Below, in pieces: positions 26,922 through 36,781 of a stretch of 64,000 bases of DNA. Below the pieces are notes generated by a model. The model was not told where the DNA came from. It was given only the letters and a program-made list of their open reading frames with translations, and ran no database searches. This DNA is from Bdellovibrio sp. (GTDB lineage: Bacteria > Bdellovibrionota > Bdellovibrionia > Bdellovibrionales > Bdellovibrionaceae), in contig JAKFBS010000001.1 of assembly GCA_036677065.1 (NCBI GenBank), positions 320,001-384,000 of the forward strand, given 5' to 3'. A program made the position numbers and the translations under genes. Within the stretch, counting starts at the first letter, position 1, and each line of letters opens with the position of its first letter.

Positions 26922-27407
26922 TTACTGACAGTAATAATTAGAGACCGGAGAACCTTGATTCATCGCAATTCCTTGCGGCGTGTATTGATAACAACGAGTG
27001 TAGCCATCTTGACCGCGGCCCCATGAATAATATGATGGGCGTGTGCGTTCGCAGCTGTAATTAGATACTGGAGAACCTTCATTCATCGCTACGCCGTAAG
27101 GCGTGCGTTGATAACAATAGCCATATCCATTTTGTGCGCGACCCCAGTCAAAATAAGATGGGCGATTTTGTTCACAATTGTAATTCGATACGGGGCTTCC
27201 GCCATTTAACACAGCTCCGTTGTTGGCCCATTGATAACAATAACCGAAACCGTTTTGAGCTGTACCCCAATCAAAGTATGATCCGATAGCTTCGGTCACT
27301 TGATGTGGATGCATCTGAACTGCTGATTGTGTACCCGTTAGAATTTGCGCGTTAGCTAAAGTTCCTGCTGCGACTAAAACGATAAAGATTAATTTTTTCA
27401 CTTTCAT
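26922..27407 (-). CDS. secreted protein of three 41-aa Cys-containing repeats
   Basis: signal peptide followed by SY..WG..Q.G...CYQ....G...N.GSPVSNY.C three times. Confidence 0.85.
   Translation of the reverse strand: MKVKKLIFIVLVAAGTLANAQILTGTQSAVQMHPHQVTEAIGSYFDWGTAQNGFGYCYQWANNGAVLNGGSPVSNYNCEQNRPSYFDWGRAQNGYGYCYQRTPYGVAMNEGSPVSNYSCERTRPSYYSWGRGQDGYTRCYQYTPQGIAMNQGSPVSNYYCQ
26925..27281 (-). repeat. intragenic tandem repeat, 123-bp period
   Basis: three diverged copies (41, 41 and 37 aa). Confidence 0.85.
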
Positions 27408-27541
27408 CTCCCTTGATGGTTTTTATTTCGTATACCTATATGGTTTTACGATTATTAAAAAAACTCAAAGGTTAAAAACATTAGACCGCTTGCAAGGTGC
27501 AAAGTGCATCTGCTTTAAGTTTGCGACCACTGCGAGTGGTG

Positions 27542-28243
27542 TCACTTTGCTTTAAAAGGATTTTCCATTTCGATCGGAATCAAAAAATGTAACATGGCAT
27601 ATTGGCCTTTCATATTCCATGCGCTTTCATCGCCGTAAAACTTTTGTTTGATATAAATATCACCCACACCGCCGACTTCAAGCTGTAGATATTTAGTAAA
27701 TAGCGGAACTTTGACAAAAACAGTTCCTCTGAGTCCAGGTCTGAAAAAGTGAATCGTTTTTGCTTCGCGGTCATCGTTGTAATTCAGGTAAGTTAGAATT
27801 GGCCCGCCCGAAACACCTAAGTCGAAAAACCAAATATTTGCCGAGATCTTCGGAATCCATCCCCAGGTTGCCCCGTAGGCTTGAATGTGATCTTTGCGCG
27901 GACTAATAAATAGAGTGTCAGGAATATAAATCGAGGTGATTGCGAATTCATTTAGTTTTAAGGCGTGGTCTCTGGCATCTGCCGGAATCTTTTCTTTGAA
28001 ACGGTGAATCGTTTCTTTTTCAACCATCGCGCTCAAGTTAAATTGGGTTCCGTAAATTTTAGCGTTCTCGTTGGTGCTGTTTGGGCCAACGTTGTAGACA
28101 TCGTAGATTTCATATTCAGCAATACCAAAACCGATGTCTACAAAGACTGGAACGTTGTCTGAAGTCTGTGAGCTAGTTTGAGCTTGAACCAACGAAAAAG
28201 AACCGATTAAACCAATAAGAACGATTAAAATAATTTTATTCAT
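27542..28243 (-). CDS. exported protein, possible outer-membrane beta-barrel
   Basis: signal peptide from MNKIIL; alternating amphipathic strands. Confidence 0.6.
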   Translation of the reverse strand: MNKIILIVLIGLIGSFSLVQAQTSSQTSDNVPVFVDIGFGIAEYEIYDVYNVGPNSTNENAKIYGTQFNLSAMVEKETIHRFKEKIPADARDHALKLNEFAITSIYIPDTLFISPRKDHIQAYGATWGWIPKISANIWFFDLGVSGGPILTYLNYNDDREAKTIHFFRPGLRGTVFVKVPLFTKYLQLEVGGVGDIYIKQKFYGDESAWNMKGQYAMLHFLIPIEMENPFKAK

Positions 28244-28256
28244 AGCAGTATTATGA

Positions 28257-28745
28257 TTAGGCTTTTGCTTCGCTAGCAATCTTTTTCATGTAAGCCGAAA
28301 ATTCAGGATCTTCGCCGTCTAATAGATCAGGCAATGACATGCGAAAATCATTTCGCATCGTCCAGAAGCGAATGTAATCTTCCCATGTTGCCCATAGACG
28401 TTGATTTTGTTTCGACATGTCTTCTTCGTAAACTAAGATATAGGCTCGCTCGAATAGCGACACCAGAAGATCAAAAATAATTGTTTTTCTTTCGCGCTGT
28501 TCATCAGTCATGTCAGCGTCGCGCACATAACCTGAAATTAATCGCAAATCGGCATTTTTAAGAAGCAGCTGCTGAAACTCAGCATATTCGTCAGCTAAGC
28601 GTTGGTATAACTCTTCATCTTCATTTTGGCGCTCTTTACGCTGCTCAAGAAGATAGACGATAATACCAAATGGCAGGGCCACGACGGTTACCACATAGCT
28701 AGAGATTTCCCAAAATTCAAGGCTCATTAGATATTCAAAATTCAT
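28257..28745 (-). CDS. hypothetical protein with one N-terminal TM helix
   Basis: ORF 28257-28781, likely start ATG 28745. Confidence 0.7.
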   Translation of the reverse strand: MNFEYLMSLEFWEISSYVVTVVALPFGIIVYLLEQRKERQNEDEELYQRLADEYAEFQQLLLKNADLRLISGYVRDADMTDEQRERKTIIFDLLVSLFERAYILVYEEDMSKQNQRLWATWEDYIRFWTMRNDFRMSLPDLLDGEDPEFSAYMKKIASEAKA

Positions 28746-28786
28746 ATATGAAAGCGTAAATGACTTAAAGCTGTGTGCCAAGAAAT

Positions 28787-28816
28787 AAAAAAAGCCCGGT
28801 TATACCGAGCTTTTTT
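28787..28816. terminator. intrinsic terminator
   Basis: A-run GCCCGGT-TAT-ACCGAGC T-run. Confidence 0.75.
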
Positions 28817-28841
28817 CTATTCCGAATTTATCGAGCCTTCT

Positions 28842-28913
28842 CTATTGAGGGGGTGCGGTTCCGGGGAGATTTTTTAATTCCAATCTAACATAATGTCTTC
28901 GGATAATATTCAT
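28842..28913 (-). CDS. putative 23-aa small protein MNIIRRHYVRLELKNLPGTAPPQ
   Basis: GGAGG 9 nt before ATG; stop followed by a terminator; below the ORF-track cutoff. Confidence 0.45.
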   Translation of the reverse strand: MNIIRRHYVRLELKNLPGTAPPQ

Positions 28914-28937
28914 GACAACGTCCCTCCATATAGTGTT

Positions 28938-29003
28938 TATCTGCAAGAGTTTCGAACCTCTTAACCCCAGCCTTCAATTCAATGAAGTTACCAGCGGCAG
29001 ATA
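28938..29003 (-). ncRNA. candidate structured RNA leader (three-way junction)
   Basis: TATCTGC/GCAGATA closing helix encloses CTTCA/TGAAG and AAGAG/CTCTT hairpins. Confidence 0.4.
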
Positions 29004-29008
29004 CTAAC

Positions 29009-29035
29009 TATTCGGACTAAATTGTAATAGCTTAA
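29009..29035 (-). promoter_or_regulatory. sigma28 (FliA)-type promoter
   Basis: TTAAGCTA-N11-TCCGAATA versus consensus TAAAGTTT-N11-GCCGATAA. Confidence 0.55.
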
Positions 29036-29148
29036 TTAGCCAAATTGAGATTTCAGTTTATTCTCAAGCTGAGACTTGCTAAGTTATTGAAAAGTGCTGA
29101 CGTTTTTAAGACTAAAATAAATATTTTTTTCAATATTGATTTTGGGCT

Positions 29149-30069
29149 TTGTTTACAGAATGCCGGCAGGGGGAGTCAGTAATGGTGTGGCAACAAGCAG
29201 AAAAAGAAAACTGGTACAAACAGCAAAACATCAAACGTTCGTATCAAGATGAAGTTGTGCGTAAGATTCAAGAATTGAAATCTGACTTTGACATTACCCA
29301 GTACGGGGCCCTTTCAGAAAACCCAGAACGTTATCCACTTTTTATCATTTGTTCGAAAAACTTTGCTGCAGCTAAAAAAACAGTCTTAATCACCGGCGGG
29401 GTGCATGGTTATGAAACCAGTGGTGTGCACGGGGCTTTGGGTTTTTTAAAAACATTAGCTAAATCTTACGAAAGTAATTTTAATTTTGTCTGTACACCTT
29501 GTATTAGCCCGTGGTCTTACGAAACGATCAACCGCTGGAATTCTAAAGCCATTGACCCCAATCGTTCGTTTCGTGAAAATAGCCCCGCTGAAGAGTGCGA
29601 GTTATTTTTAAAAGCAACGGCGGGCTTAAATCCATTTATTCATTTTGATTTACATGAAACTACCGATACGGATAATACGATTTTTCGGCCAGCTCTTGAA
29701 AATCGTGACGGTATTATTATTCCGTTTTCTGCGATTCCTGATGGATTCTATTTAGTTGGAGACACTGATAACCCGCAGCCCGAATTTCAAAAGGCGATGA
29801 TCGATGCGGTTCGAAAAGTAACCCATATCGCCCAGCCAGACGAAAGAGGTTTACTTCTTGATGACAAGGTTGAGCAAGAGGGCGTGATTAACTACCCTGT
29901 GAAGAAGTTATTCTTATGTGCTGGAACTTTTAGCCCGCAATACTGCACAACGACAGAGGTTTACCCAGATAGCCCCAAGGCGAGTGATGCCATTTGTGTT
30001 GCGGCCCAGATTGCTGTGATCAAGGCTGGGTTAGATTTTGTTTATTCTTCGTCGTATTCTTCTTCTTGA
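29149..30069 (+). CDS. M14 metallocarboxypeptidase / succinylglutamate desuccinylase-like protein
   Basis: GGVHGYE, NRW...DPNRSF, DLHET, TTEVYPD; start may be 29182. Confidence 0.85.
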   Translation: MFTECRQGESVMVWQQAEKENWYKQQNIKRSYQDEVVRKIQELKSDFDITQYGALSENPERYPLFIICSKNFAAAKKTVLITGGVHGYETSGVHGALGFLKTLAKSYESNFNFVCTPCISPWSYETINRWNSKAIDPNRSFRENSPAEECELFLKATAGLNPFIHFDLHETTDTDNTIFRPALENRDGIIIPFSAIPDGFYLVGDTDNPQPEFQKAMIDAVRKVTHIAQPDERGLLLDDKVEQEGVINYPVKKLFLCAGTFSPQYCTTTEVYPDSPKASDAICVAAQIAVIKAGLDFVYSSSYSSS

Positions 30070-30368
30070 GCTGCGGCACGAACACGTTTCTTGGCGTGGA
30101 CTCCGGCTTTCGCAAGAATTTCTATATAAACTGAGGGTGCGTTTTGTAAGACCACTTCATCGATCGACTTACTAATTTCGTTACTGTGAACTGCCTTGGC
30201 AGAAGTATCCTGAGCACCGACTTTGCACTGAAAATCCCAATAGTCTACACCCTCGGGTAGGGTTTTGCGTCGTTCGCGAGCTAGGTATTTATTCACTTCG
30301 TATTTGATAGCTTCAACGACGCGGTCTGGTTTTTTATTGGTTTCATGTAGGCTAAAATTTTTTTTCAT
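30042..30368 (-). CDS. DUF6172-like hypothetical protein
   Basis: IK.EV.KY..RERRK.LPEGVDYWDF.C..G, YIEILAK. Confidence 0.7.
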   Translation of the reverse strand: MKKNFSLHETNKKPDRVVEAIKYEVNKYLARERRKTLPEGVDYWDFQCKVGAQDTSAKAVHSNEISKSIDEVVLQNAPSVYIEILAKAGVHAKKRVRAAAQEEEYDEE

Positions 30369-30416
30369 AGGATTAGAACTTTACCATAAAACTAAGTCTG
30401 TAGTATAAATAAAACA

Positions 30417-30767
30417 ATGGAACATAGAATTTACAAAACAAGCTTTGCCAGCGTTTACCCCATGTATGTTCAAAAAGCTGAACGCAAAAATCGCACAAAA
30501 GATGAAGTCGATAAAATTATTCTATGGTTAACCGGTTACACTAAGGCTGGCTTAAAGAAGCAGTTAGATCAAGAGACCGATTTTAAAACGTTTTTTGCAA
30601 ATGCACCTAAAATAAATCCTAAAGCTAAACTGATCACTGGGGTTGTCTGCGGAGTTCGCGTTGAAGATATCAAAGAGCCTTTGATGCGAAAGATTCGCTA
30701 TTTGGATAAGTTGATCGATGAGCTGGCTAAGGGAAAAGAGCTGGATGTCATTTTAAGGAGTACATAA
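30417..30767 (+). CDS. DUF2200-family protein
   Basis: [40 protein letters not shown]. Confidence 0.9.
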   Translation: MEHRIYKTSFASVYPMYVQKAERKNRTKDEVDKIILWLTGYTKAGLKKQLDQETDFKTFFANAPKINPKAKLITGVVCGVRVEDIKEPLMRKIRYLDKLIDELAKGKELDVILRST

Positions 30768-31342
30768 TGAGTTCAAAAGTGGACCAATTTATTAAAAAAC
30801 TTAAAATTTGGCAGGATGAAGTTGTTCAGCTTCGCGAGATTTTACAATCTACGAAATTAGTTGAAGATTTTAAATGGAATTACCCTTGTTATACTTATAA
30901 CGAAAGTAATATTGTTATCATTCAGCCGTTTAAATCTTATTTGGGGCTTATGTTTTTTAAAGGCACACTGTTAAAAGACACTAAAAAAGTATTAATCGCT
31001 AATGGGCCGAATTCGCAGCACACAAAAAGATTTGAATTCGATTCAGTTGTTGAAATTAAAAAATTAACTCCGACAATTAAAGCTTATGTAAAAGAAGCTA
31101 TGGCCATTGAAGACTCAGGTCAAAAAGTAGAAGTTAAAAAATCGCCGATTGAAATGCCCGCAGAATTAAAAAAAGCTTTTGCTAAGAATGCTAAACTGAA
31201 GAAAGCTTTTAACGAGCTGACTCCTGGGCGTCAAAGAGCTTATCTTTTCTTTTTTGCCGGTGCAAAACAACCTGCAACGCGTGAAGCGCGCATTCAAAAA
31301 TGTGCATCCAAGATTCTTCAGGGTAAAGGTTTAAATGATTAG
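30767..31342 (+). CDS. YdeI/OmpD-associated (DUF1801) protein
   Basis: KW..PCY, FFKG.LLKD, F..LTPGRQRAY...F..AKQ..TR. Confidence 0.9.
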   Translation: MSSKVDQFIKKLKIWQDEVVQLREILQSTKLVEDFKWNYPCYTYNESNIVIIQPFKSYLGLMFFKGTLLKDTKKVLIANGPNSQHTKRFEFDSVVEIKKLTPTIKAYVKEAMAIEDSGQKVEVKKSPIEMPAELKKAFAKNAKLKKAFNELTPGRQRAYLFFFAGAKQPATREARIQKCASKILQGKGLND

Positions 31343-32135
31343 GATGTTTTTCACTTTAATCGTGCTAATTCTTGTAATATTAGCGCTGATTTACTTTTAT
31401 CAATCAAAGCTTCTGTTTTTTCCGACGAAACTGCAAAAAGATTTTACTTTCAAATTTTCGTTTCCACATGAAGAAAAATTTATTTCTTATAACAACGAGA
31501 TTGTGCATGGGGTAATGTTTAAGGCGGAAAAGCCCAGAGCTCGCATTATCTATTTTCATGGAAACCGTGGATCGCTACAAACTTGGGGACAAGTTGGTGC
31601 GGATCTGAGCGATAAATTAAATTCTGATGTTTTAGCTTTAGATTATCCAGGCTATGGCAAATCTACAGGTGGACTACCTTTAAGTGAAAAGGCGTTGTAT
31701 GAAAGTGCTGATGCAGCTTTCGACGAGTTTATTGCGACAACGGATAAAACACTTCCCATAATTGTTTACGGACGTAGTCTTGGATCTGCTGTGGCATCGT
31801 ATTTAGCGGCAAACAAAACTGTACAAGCTTTGATCTTAGAGACCCCGTACACGAGTATGAAGGCTATGGCCAGTCATGTGTTTCCGTATTTGCCCTCATT
31901 TTTAGGCCGTTATGATTTGGATAACGTAAAAAATATCAAAAAATTAAATATTCCCATTTTAATTCTGCATGGCACTCAGGATGCGGTTGTTCCGTTCACG
32001 CAAGGAAACGCATTGGCGACGCAAAAATCGAATGTTGAATTTGTTTCTATCGAAGGTGGAGGTCATAATGATTTATCCACTTTTCCATTATACTGGAACG
32101 CAATAGAAAAATTTGTAGCCAAAATTTCTTTGTAA
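31335..32135 (+). CDS. membrane-anchored alpha/beta hydrolase
   Basis: YFHGN, DYPGYG.S, GRSLG, HGTQD, GHND. Confidence 0.9.
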   Translation: MIRMFFTLIVLILVILALIYFYQSKLLFFPTKLQKDFTFKFSFPHEEKFISYNNEIVHGVMFKAEKPRARIIYFHGNRGSLQTWGQVGADLSDKLNSDVLALDYPGYGKSTGGLPLSEKALYESADAAFDEFIATTDKTLPIIVYGRSLGSAVASYLAANKTVQALILETPYTSMKAMASHVFPYLPSFLGRYDLDNVKNIKKLNIPILILHGTQDAVVPFTQGNALATQKSNVEFVSIEGGGHNDLSTFPLYWNAIEKFVAKISL

Positions 32136-32150
32136 TTAGATAATGATTAA

Positions 32151-32576
32151 ATGAAAAACATCATTTCTTTTTTGTTACTTTCTGTTCTTATTCAGTCTTA
32201 CGCTTATTCAAGTGACCAATCGAAATTCCGCCAGGAATGTGCACTGACGTCTCAAGAGTTTAAAGCAAAGCTTCCAGAAAATTACACAACAGTCTGGTGC
32301 GCTAATGATAAAAGAAAAGATTTTGGTGAAATGGGTTCTGATGTTATTCACGCCATGGCCGTAGCGGCTTTTCGTGAAAAACGCATGGATCGCAGAGTGG
32401 CTGCGATAAATCTTCTTGAAAAATATGAATGTAAAGACAAAGTCGAATGTAAAGAATTTCACCATTTGTTAGACTGGGGAATTAAATCTGGTCATCCCGC
32501 AAAATACAATAAAGCGTTGGCAAAACGTGCTGAAGTTCTGCGTGAAAAGGTTTCGAAAAAGTTAGAAGCTTTATAA
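32151..32576 (+). CDS. secreted hypothetical protein
   Basis: signal peptide; 141 aa. Confidence 0.7.
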   Translation: MKNIISFLLLSVLIQSYAYSSDQSKFRQECALTSQEFKAKLPENYTTVWCANDKRKDFGEMGSDVIHAMAVAAFREKRMDRRVAAINLLEKYECKDKVECKEFHHLLDWGIKSGHPAKYNKALAKRAEVLREKVSKKLEAL

Positions 32577-33776
32577 ATCAAAAAACTTTAAGATCTCTGG
32601 CGAACGGTTCATCGTATCTTCATGGCCGGTTTTAATCAGTGAGCTGAGATACTCTGGTTCAAAGGCAAGATAACTTAAAAGATCAGCGCCTTTATTTTCT
32701 GAAACGCCAATTCCGCGCAGCAGATACGCAAATGTTGTTGGCATTCGCGAAAGTTCACTCGCGGGTGGACGCACAAGTTCATTCTGCGGGGCCAAATGTA
32801 AAATAGGAATTTCTCTAAGCTTGTCAGGCTGACTGGCTTTGGCTTCTGGGCTCATAACGGCGACACCGCGATTGACTCTGGCTATGCGTTCAAGATCGCC
32901 ATCCAGTGAATCTAAAAAAAGGCCGCTCAGTATTGTACCTAAGATTTCTCCTAAGGTAATACCATCACTTGCCGGGCGAGGTATCGGTTGGCTTGGCGTT
33001 GTTCGGCGATTACCTATGACAAGCAATTTGTCTGCGCCTAAGTGAATGGCCGAGCTTAAAGGGCTATTTAACCGAACCACCCCATCACCGAAATAAGATT
33101 CACCGATGCGAACAGGTGGAAAAAAAACAGGTAAAGCTGCCGAGGCCATGACATGCTCGGGCCCAATTTCTGTTCGCAAGCTTTTTCGATTGAGGATGTT
33201 CCAATCTTTAATATCTTCGTGACCATTATAAAAGGCTATAGACTGGCCGCTGCGATAGTCAGTTGCGCAAACACAAATCGCATGAAAAAGATTATTTCGG
33301 ATATTTTCATTAAGCGCTTCGAAATTAATTTTATTCTGAATAAGTTCTGCCAAAGGTGTTGTATCAAGCAAGTAGGTGATTTGATTTTTTTTAAGACCGC
33401 CCGAGCTGCGGTCGCGCAGCCAGCGATAGGCGATTTTACTCAGTGAAATGGGCCCTACTTTGAAAACGCTATCTGCGGTTAATGATGACCAGGTTTCGAC
33501 CATGCGTCGCGTGACGGCTTCAAAATTTTCGCTTTGGCTGGCTAACCAAGTTCCATTTAATGCCCCAGCAGAAAACCCCGAAATGATGGCAAAAGGGTTT
33601 TTTTCAAAACCCGTAATTTCAGCAATCGCACGCAGCACACCCACTTGATAGGCCGCTCGCGCTCCGCCACCTGTAAGAACTAACGCCAATTTTTTTTCAT
33701 TTATAGGGTTCACGTTATATAAAGAAGCAACAGGCATACCAGTATGCACTCGGTCATTAGATAGCATCACTGTCAA
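32571..33776 (-). CDS. patatin-like phospholipase
   Basis: GGGARAAYQVG, GFSAG, ASAALP.FFP, DG; true start may be downstream. Confidence 0.92.
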   Translation of the reverse strand: MTVMLSNDRVHTGMPVASLYNVNPINEKKLALVLTGGGARAAYQVGVLRAIAEITGFEKNPFAIISGFSAGALNGTWLASQSENFEAVTRRMVETWSSLTADSVFKVGPISLSKIAYRWLRDRSSGGLKKNQITYLLDTTPLAELIQNKINFEALNENIRNNLFHAICVCATDYRSGQSIAFYNGHEDIKDWNILNRKSLRTEIGPEHVMASAALPVFFPPVRIGESYFGDGVVRLNSPLSSAIHLGADKLLVIGNRRTTPSQPIPRPASDGITLGEILGTILSGLFLDSLDGDLERIARVNRGVAVMSPEAKASQPDKLREIPILHLAPQNELVRPPASELSRMPTTFAYLLRGIGVSENKGADLLSYLAFEPEYLSSLIKTGHEDTMNRSPEILKFFDL

Positions 33777-33885
33777 AAAGTTTAACGATTGCTAGCGTCA
33801 CATTGTCTGATATTTGGCCAGTGTTCTGTCGTCAATTCGAATAACGCCTGTTTAGACTGAGCACCCGTTTGCAAGACTGGTATTC

Positions 33886-34329
33886 ATGAATAAATTATTA
33901 CTTGGACTATTAGTTTTCACAGCTCTTAATTCTCAAGCATTTACCGAACAAGTGTTCATCAAAGATGGTGACCAAGTGATTGTAAAAATTGAAAACTGCG
34001 CCGAAGGCACGACTCCCACTCTGACTTTAAAAAAAGACAGAGTTATCGGTCAGTGCGTGGCTGATGTGATCTTCTGCGAAGCCAAGATCGGAAATCTTAT
34101 TCCTGATAAGTGGGTTACCAGTTATTATAAATACACTAAAAATGCATCGGGTATGTCAAAGAAAGAACTCATTAAAAAAGCCCGTCCAGAGCATGTGTAT
34201 GCCCCTGCGGTTTATGCTGATGTTGAGCATGAATTGAAACAATTAATTAAGCAGGGTTTTTGCAGCAAAGGGATTTATAAAAAATCTTCATTAGCAGGGC
34301 ACACCACTGAAGTGATCGTTGAACAGTAA
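33886..34329 (+). CDS. secreted hypothetical protein
   Basis: signal peptide ending SQA; four Cys. Confidence 0.7.
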   Translation: MNKLLLGLLVFTALNSQAFTEQVFIKDGDQVIVKIENCAEGTTPTLTLKKDRVIGQCVADVIFCEAKIGNLIPDKWVTSYYKYTKNASGMSKKELIKKARPEHVYAPAVYADVEHELKQLIKQGFCSKGIYKKSSLAGHTTEVIVEQ

Positions 34330-34330
34330 A

Positions 34331-35845
34331 TTACCGGCTCATCTTTAAGTAGTCAGGGTTTGAACAAAAGTCTGCACCTTTGCCGCTAGCCACGAACAAT
34401 TCGCGAATCTGCGTATTTTTTTTGGCTAAAAAATTGATATATCCCGGTGATCCCAGCACGCGAAATTCTTCTGTGATGGTTCCGCCGATTTCGCTTAAAT
34501 TTGTTTGGTGATAAATCAAGTGTTCAGGAAAACTTAATTTGTAAGACGAATCAATTTTTTGCTGTAATAATTTAGTGCGTTTTATTTTTACAGCTTTGCC
34601 GGCTGCAGTTGCAGGAGCTGTAAACGGAGCGATCACAAAAGACCGGGCTATCGATAAAACATCTTTTTCAGTTCCATCAATGTCAGCCGCCGTAGCTGAA
34701 GCATAAAAATCAAAATCATGAGCTGATAATCTTAATCCTGCTTTTTCGCGCTTTTCTACATAATTAACTAAGGCATTATACGGTGGGTTTAATCCTGCAT
34801 TGTAAGCGGCTAAGGCTAAAGCTTCGGTTAAGTTATCGATGTTAATATTATGAAATCCTAATTGCTTCATGCGTGCTTCTAATTTTGCAGTTTCAATTCT
34901 TAATTTCATTTCTTTGTAGTTTTGTTTGTTCAGAATTGCTGAATAAACAAAACTGCGTAATGGGTTCTCGACCGGATAAATAAATTCACAACGTTCAGCT
35001 TTTTGTGCACTAGCCATAGTTAATAAACTTAAGTGTTTTATTAACCGGGCACAGGCTGGGTTTGTTACGGCGTCTCGTCTAACTTCTTCGATGTAGGCAT
35101 CATATTCTTTATTAACCAGTTCAATTCCAGTTATTGTGAATTGAGCAACGCCTGCATCAAAACCTTTTCCGAGCGTATTAATCGTAAATCCGCTTTCGTT
35201 AAAAAGTTTTGGCATAATATTTTTGGGATTAAATCCGAAGCATTGCAAAACATCGATGTAAGAATTGTAAGTCGTATTTACCAAATTTTTTGAAACGCAC
35301 GGCTTATTACCACCGGCAATGGGTAAACTTTTTAAGCCGCCCGGACATTTTCCGTAACTGACGCTTTTAAAATTAGTCGCGTTCATAGTGTAAGTTAGAC
35401 ACTGCCGAGGCAGCGCCGTTGATTCAGTACGTTCTTCGCGTAATTCTTTGAGAGCAGCAGTTTGTGAAATAATTTTTTCAACTGACAGACGTGCAGTGCC
35501 GCAGGTTGCTGTGTTTTCATATTTTAGTAATACGTCATCAACAGGTGTTTCAACTTCTGCAGTTAACTTCGCTTCGTCTTGGGCAATTTGTTCCGGAGTT
35601 AATACGAAAGCTTGGCGAGTTGATTCGTTAGCTGATTCTTGTCTCCACTGGGTGTCGATCTCATCCAGTTCTTGTTCAATCATTTGATCGCTCAGCTGAG
35701 CACTGTAAGAATTTAACTCGTAAGAATAAAGACTTGCCGCTGCCATTGAAGATAAATCAGTTTCTTGGGTTTGCGTTATGTGAAATACTGAAAACGCTGC
35801 GCCAAAGAAGAATACAAATACTAAAGCAGGGGTTAAAAATCGCAT
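34331..35845 (-). CDS. exported lytic transglycosylase/lysozyme-like protein
   Basis: NESGF, GVAQFT and AYNAG motifs of the SLT fold; N-terminal anchor. Confidence 0.7.
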   Translation of the reverse strand: MRFLTPALVFVFFFGAAFSVFHITQTQETDLSSMAAASLYSYELNSYSAQLSDQMIEQELDEIDTQWRQESANESTRQAFVLTPEQIAQDEAKLTAEVETPVDDVLLKYENTATCGTARLSVEKIISQTAALKELREERTESTALPRQCLTYTMNATNFKSVSYGKCPGGLKSLPIAGGNKPCVSKNLVNTTYNSYIDVLQCFGFNPKNIMPKLFNESGFTINTLGKGFDAGVAQFTITGIELVNKEYDAYIEEVRRDAVTNPACARLIKHLSLLTMASAQKAERCEFIYPVENPLRSFVYSAILNKQNYKEMKLRIETAKLEARMKQLGFHNINIDNLTEALALAAYNAGLNPPYNALVNYVEKREKAGLRLSAHDFDFYASATAADIDGTEKDVLSIARSFVIAPFTAPATAAGKAVKIKRTKLLQQKIDSSYKLSFPEHLIYHQTNLSEIGGTITEEFRVLGSPGYINFLAKKNTQIRELFVASGKGADFCSNPDYLKMSR

Positions 35846-35981
35846 AGGTCTCCAATAAAAATGGGTTACTTTTATTATAGACTTTCAAGGCGATAAAAAC
35901 AGAGACCGGCTTAAAACTAAGCCCTAAGTATTGCTCCTAGACCCGTTTTCCGTTAGCCTAATAAGATAAAAGGGGAATCCT

Positions 35982-36329
35982 ATGAAACACACAGGTGGCT
36001 GCCATTGCGGTAAAGTTAAATTTGAAGTTGAAATGGAAATCGGGAAACCGATTGCTTGTAACTGTTCAATTTGTCAGAAAAAAGGAACATTGTTATCGTT
36101 TGCACCTGCGGCTCAGTTTAAACTACTTCAAGGTGAAGACTCCTTAAGTAATTACCAATTTAATAAAAATGTAATTCATCATCTTTTTTGCAAAAACTGC
36201 GGTGTAACTTCTTTTGCCAAAGGCACAGCTCCTGATGGTTCAGATGTAAGAGCCATCAATGTTCGTTGTCTTGATGGCGTTGATATCGAAAAACTGGAAT
36301 TGATCAAATACGATGGACGCTCAATTTAG
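35982..36329 (+). CDS. GFA/CENP-V-family protein
   Basis: GGCHCG, CNCSIC, FCKNCG. Confidence 0.93.
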   Translation: MKHTGGCHCGKVKFEVEMEIGKPIACNCSICQKKGTLLSFAPAAQFKLLQGEDSLSNYQFNKNVIHHLFCKNCGVTSFAKGTAPDGSDVRAINVRCLDGVDIEKLELIKYDGRSI

Positions 36330-36683
36330 CGGATTTTCAGAGTGAAAGGCGCAAACCCACTTATCGCCTTCGCGAATCCAAGTAGATACATCTAACATTT
36401 TCATGCCTTTCATTTCGGTTGAATAAGAAATGAGGGCTGTGTTTTCATTTAAAATATCAATGTGTGGGTCTTTGATCTCGACATCTTTATATTGATAACC
36501 CTGATTAGCTTGCATCATTTCGCGGTATTGATCCTTATTAATTCGGTGTGCGCCTGTTGGGCCAGCGACAGTGCAGGGAAATTTTGTCAGTGCGACGGCG
36601 GTATCTACGTCATCATTTTTCATGGCATCCCAGTATTTTTTTTCTAATTTGAAGATGTCTTGTTTGGTTGGAGCGGAATTCAT
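36321..36683 (-). CDS. NTF2-like (DUF4440) protein
   Basis: LE..YW.AM...D, STW......W.CAFHSE; GGAGG RBS. Confidence 0.8.
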   Translation of the reverse strand: MNSAPTKQDIFKLEKKYWDAMKNDDVDTAVALTKFPCTVAGPTGAHRINKDQYREMMQANQGYQYKDVEIKDPHIDILNENTALISYSTEMKGMKMLDVSTWIREGDKWVCAFHSENPLN

Positions 36684-36781
36684 AAATCCTCCTTAGTCTT
36701 TCAAGTGAAGTGCAAATAAAAGACCGGGGAGAGCTGCCCCAAACATTTTGCATTCACCTTAAATAGCGATTATCGTTAGGC

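Noticed and set aside
26925..27281. Possible CRISPR-like periodic repeat
   Set aside because: The repeats are in-frame, degenerate at synonymous positions and lack unique spacers; no cas genes or CRISPR array were seen anywhere in the window.
28938..29003. Known riboswitch (c-di-GMP-I/II, SAM, glutamine) or hammerhead
   Set aside because: The conserved core nucleotides of these families are absent; kept only as an unassigned structure.
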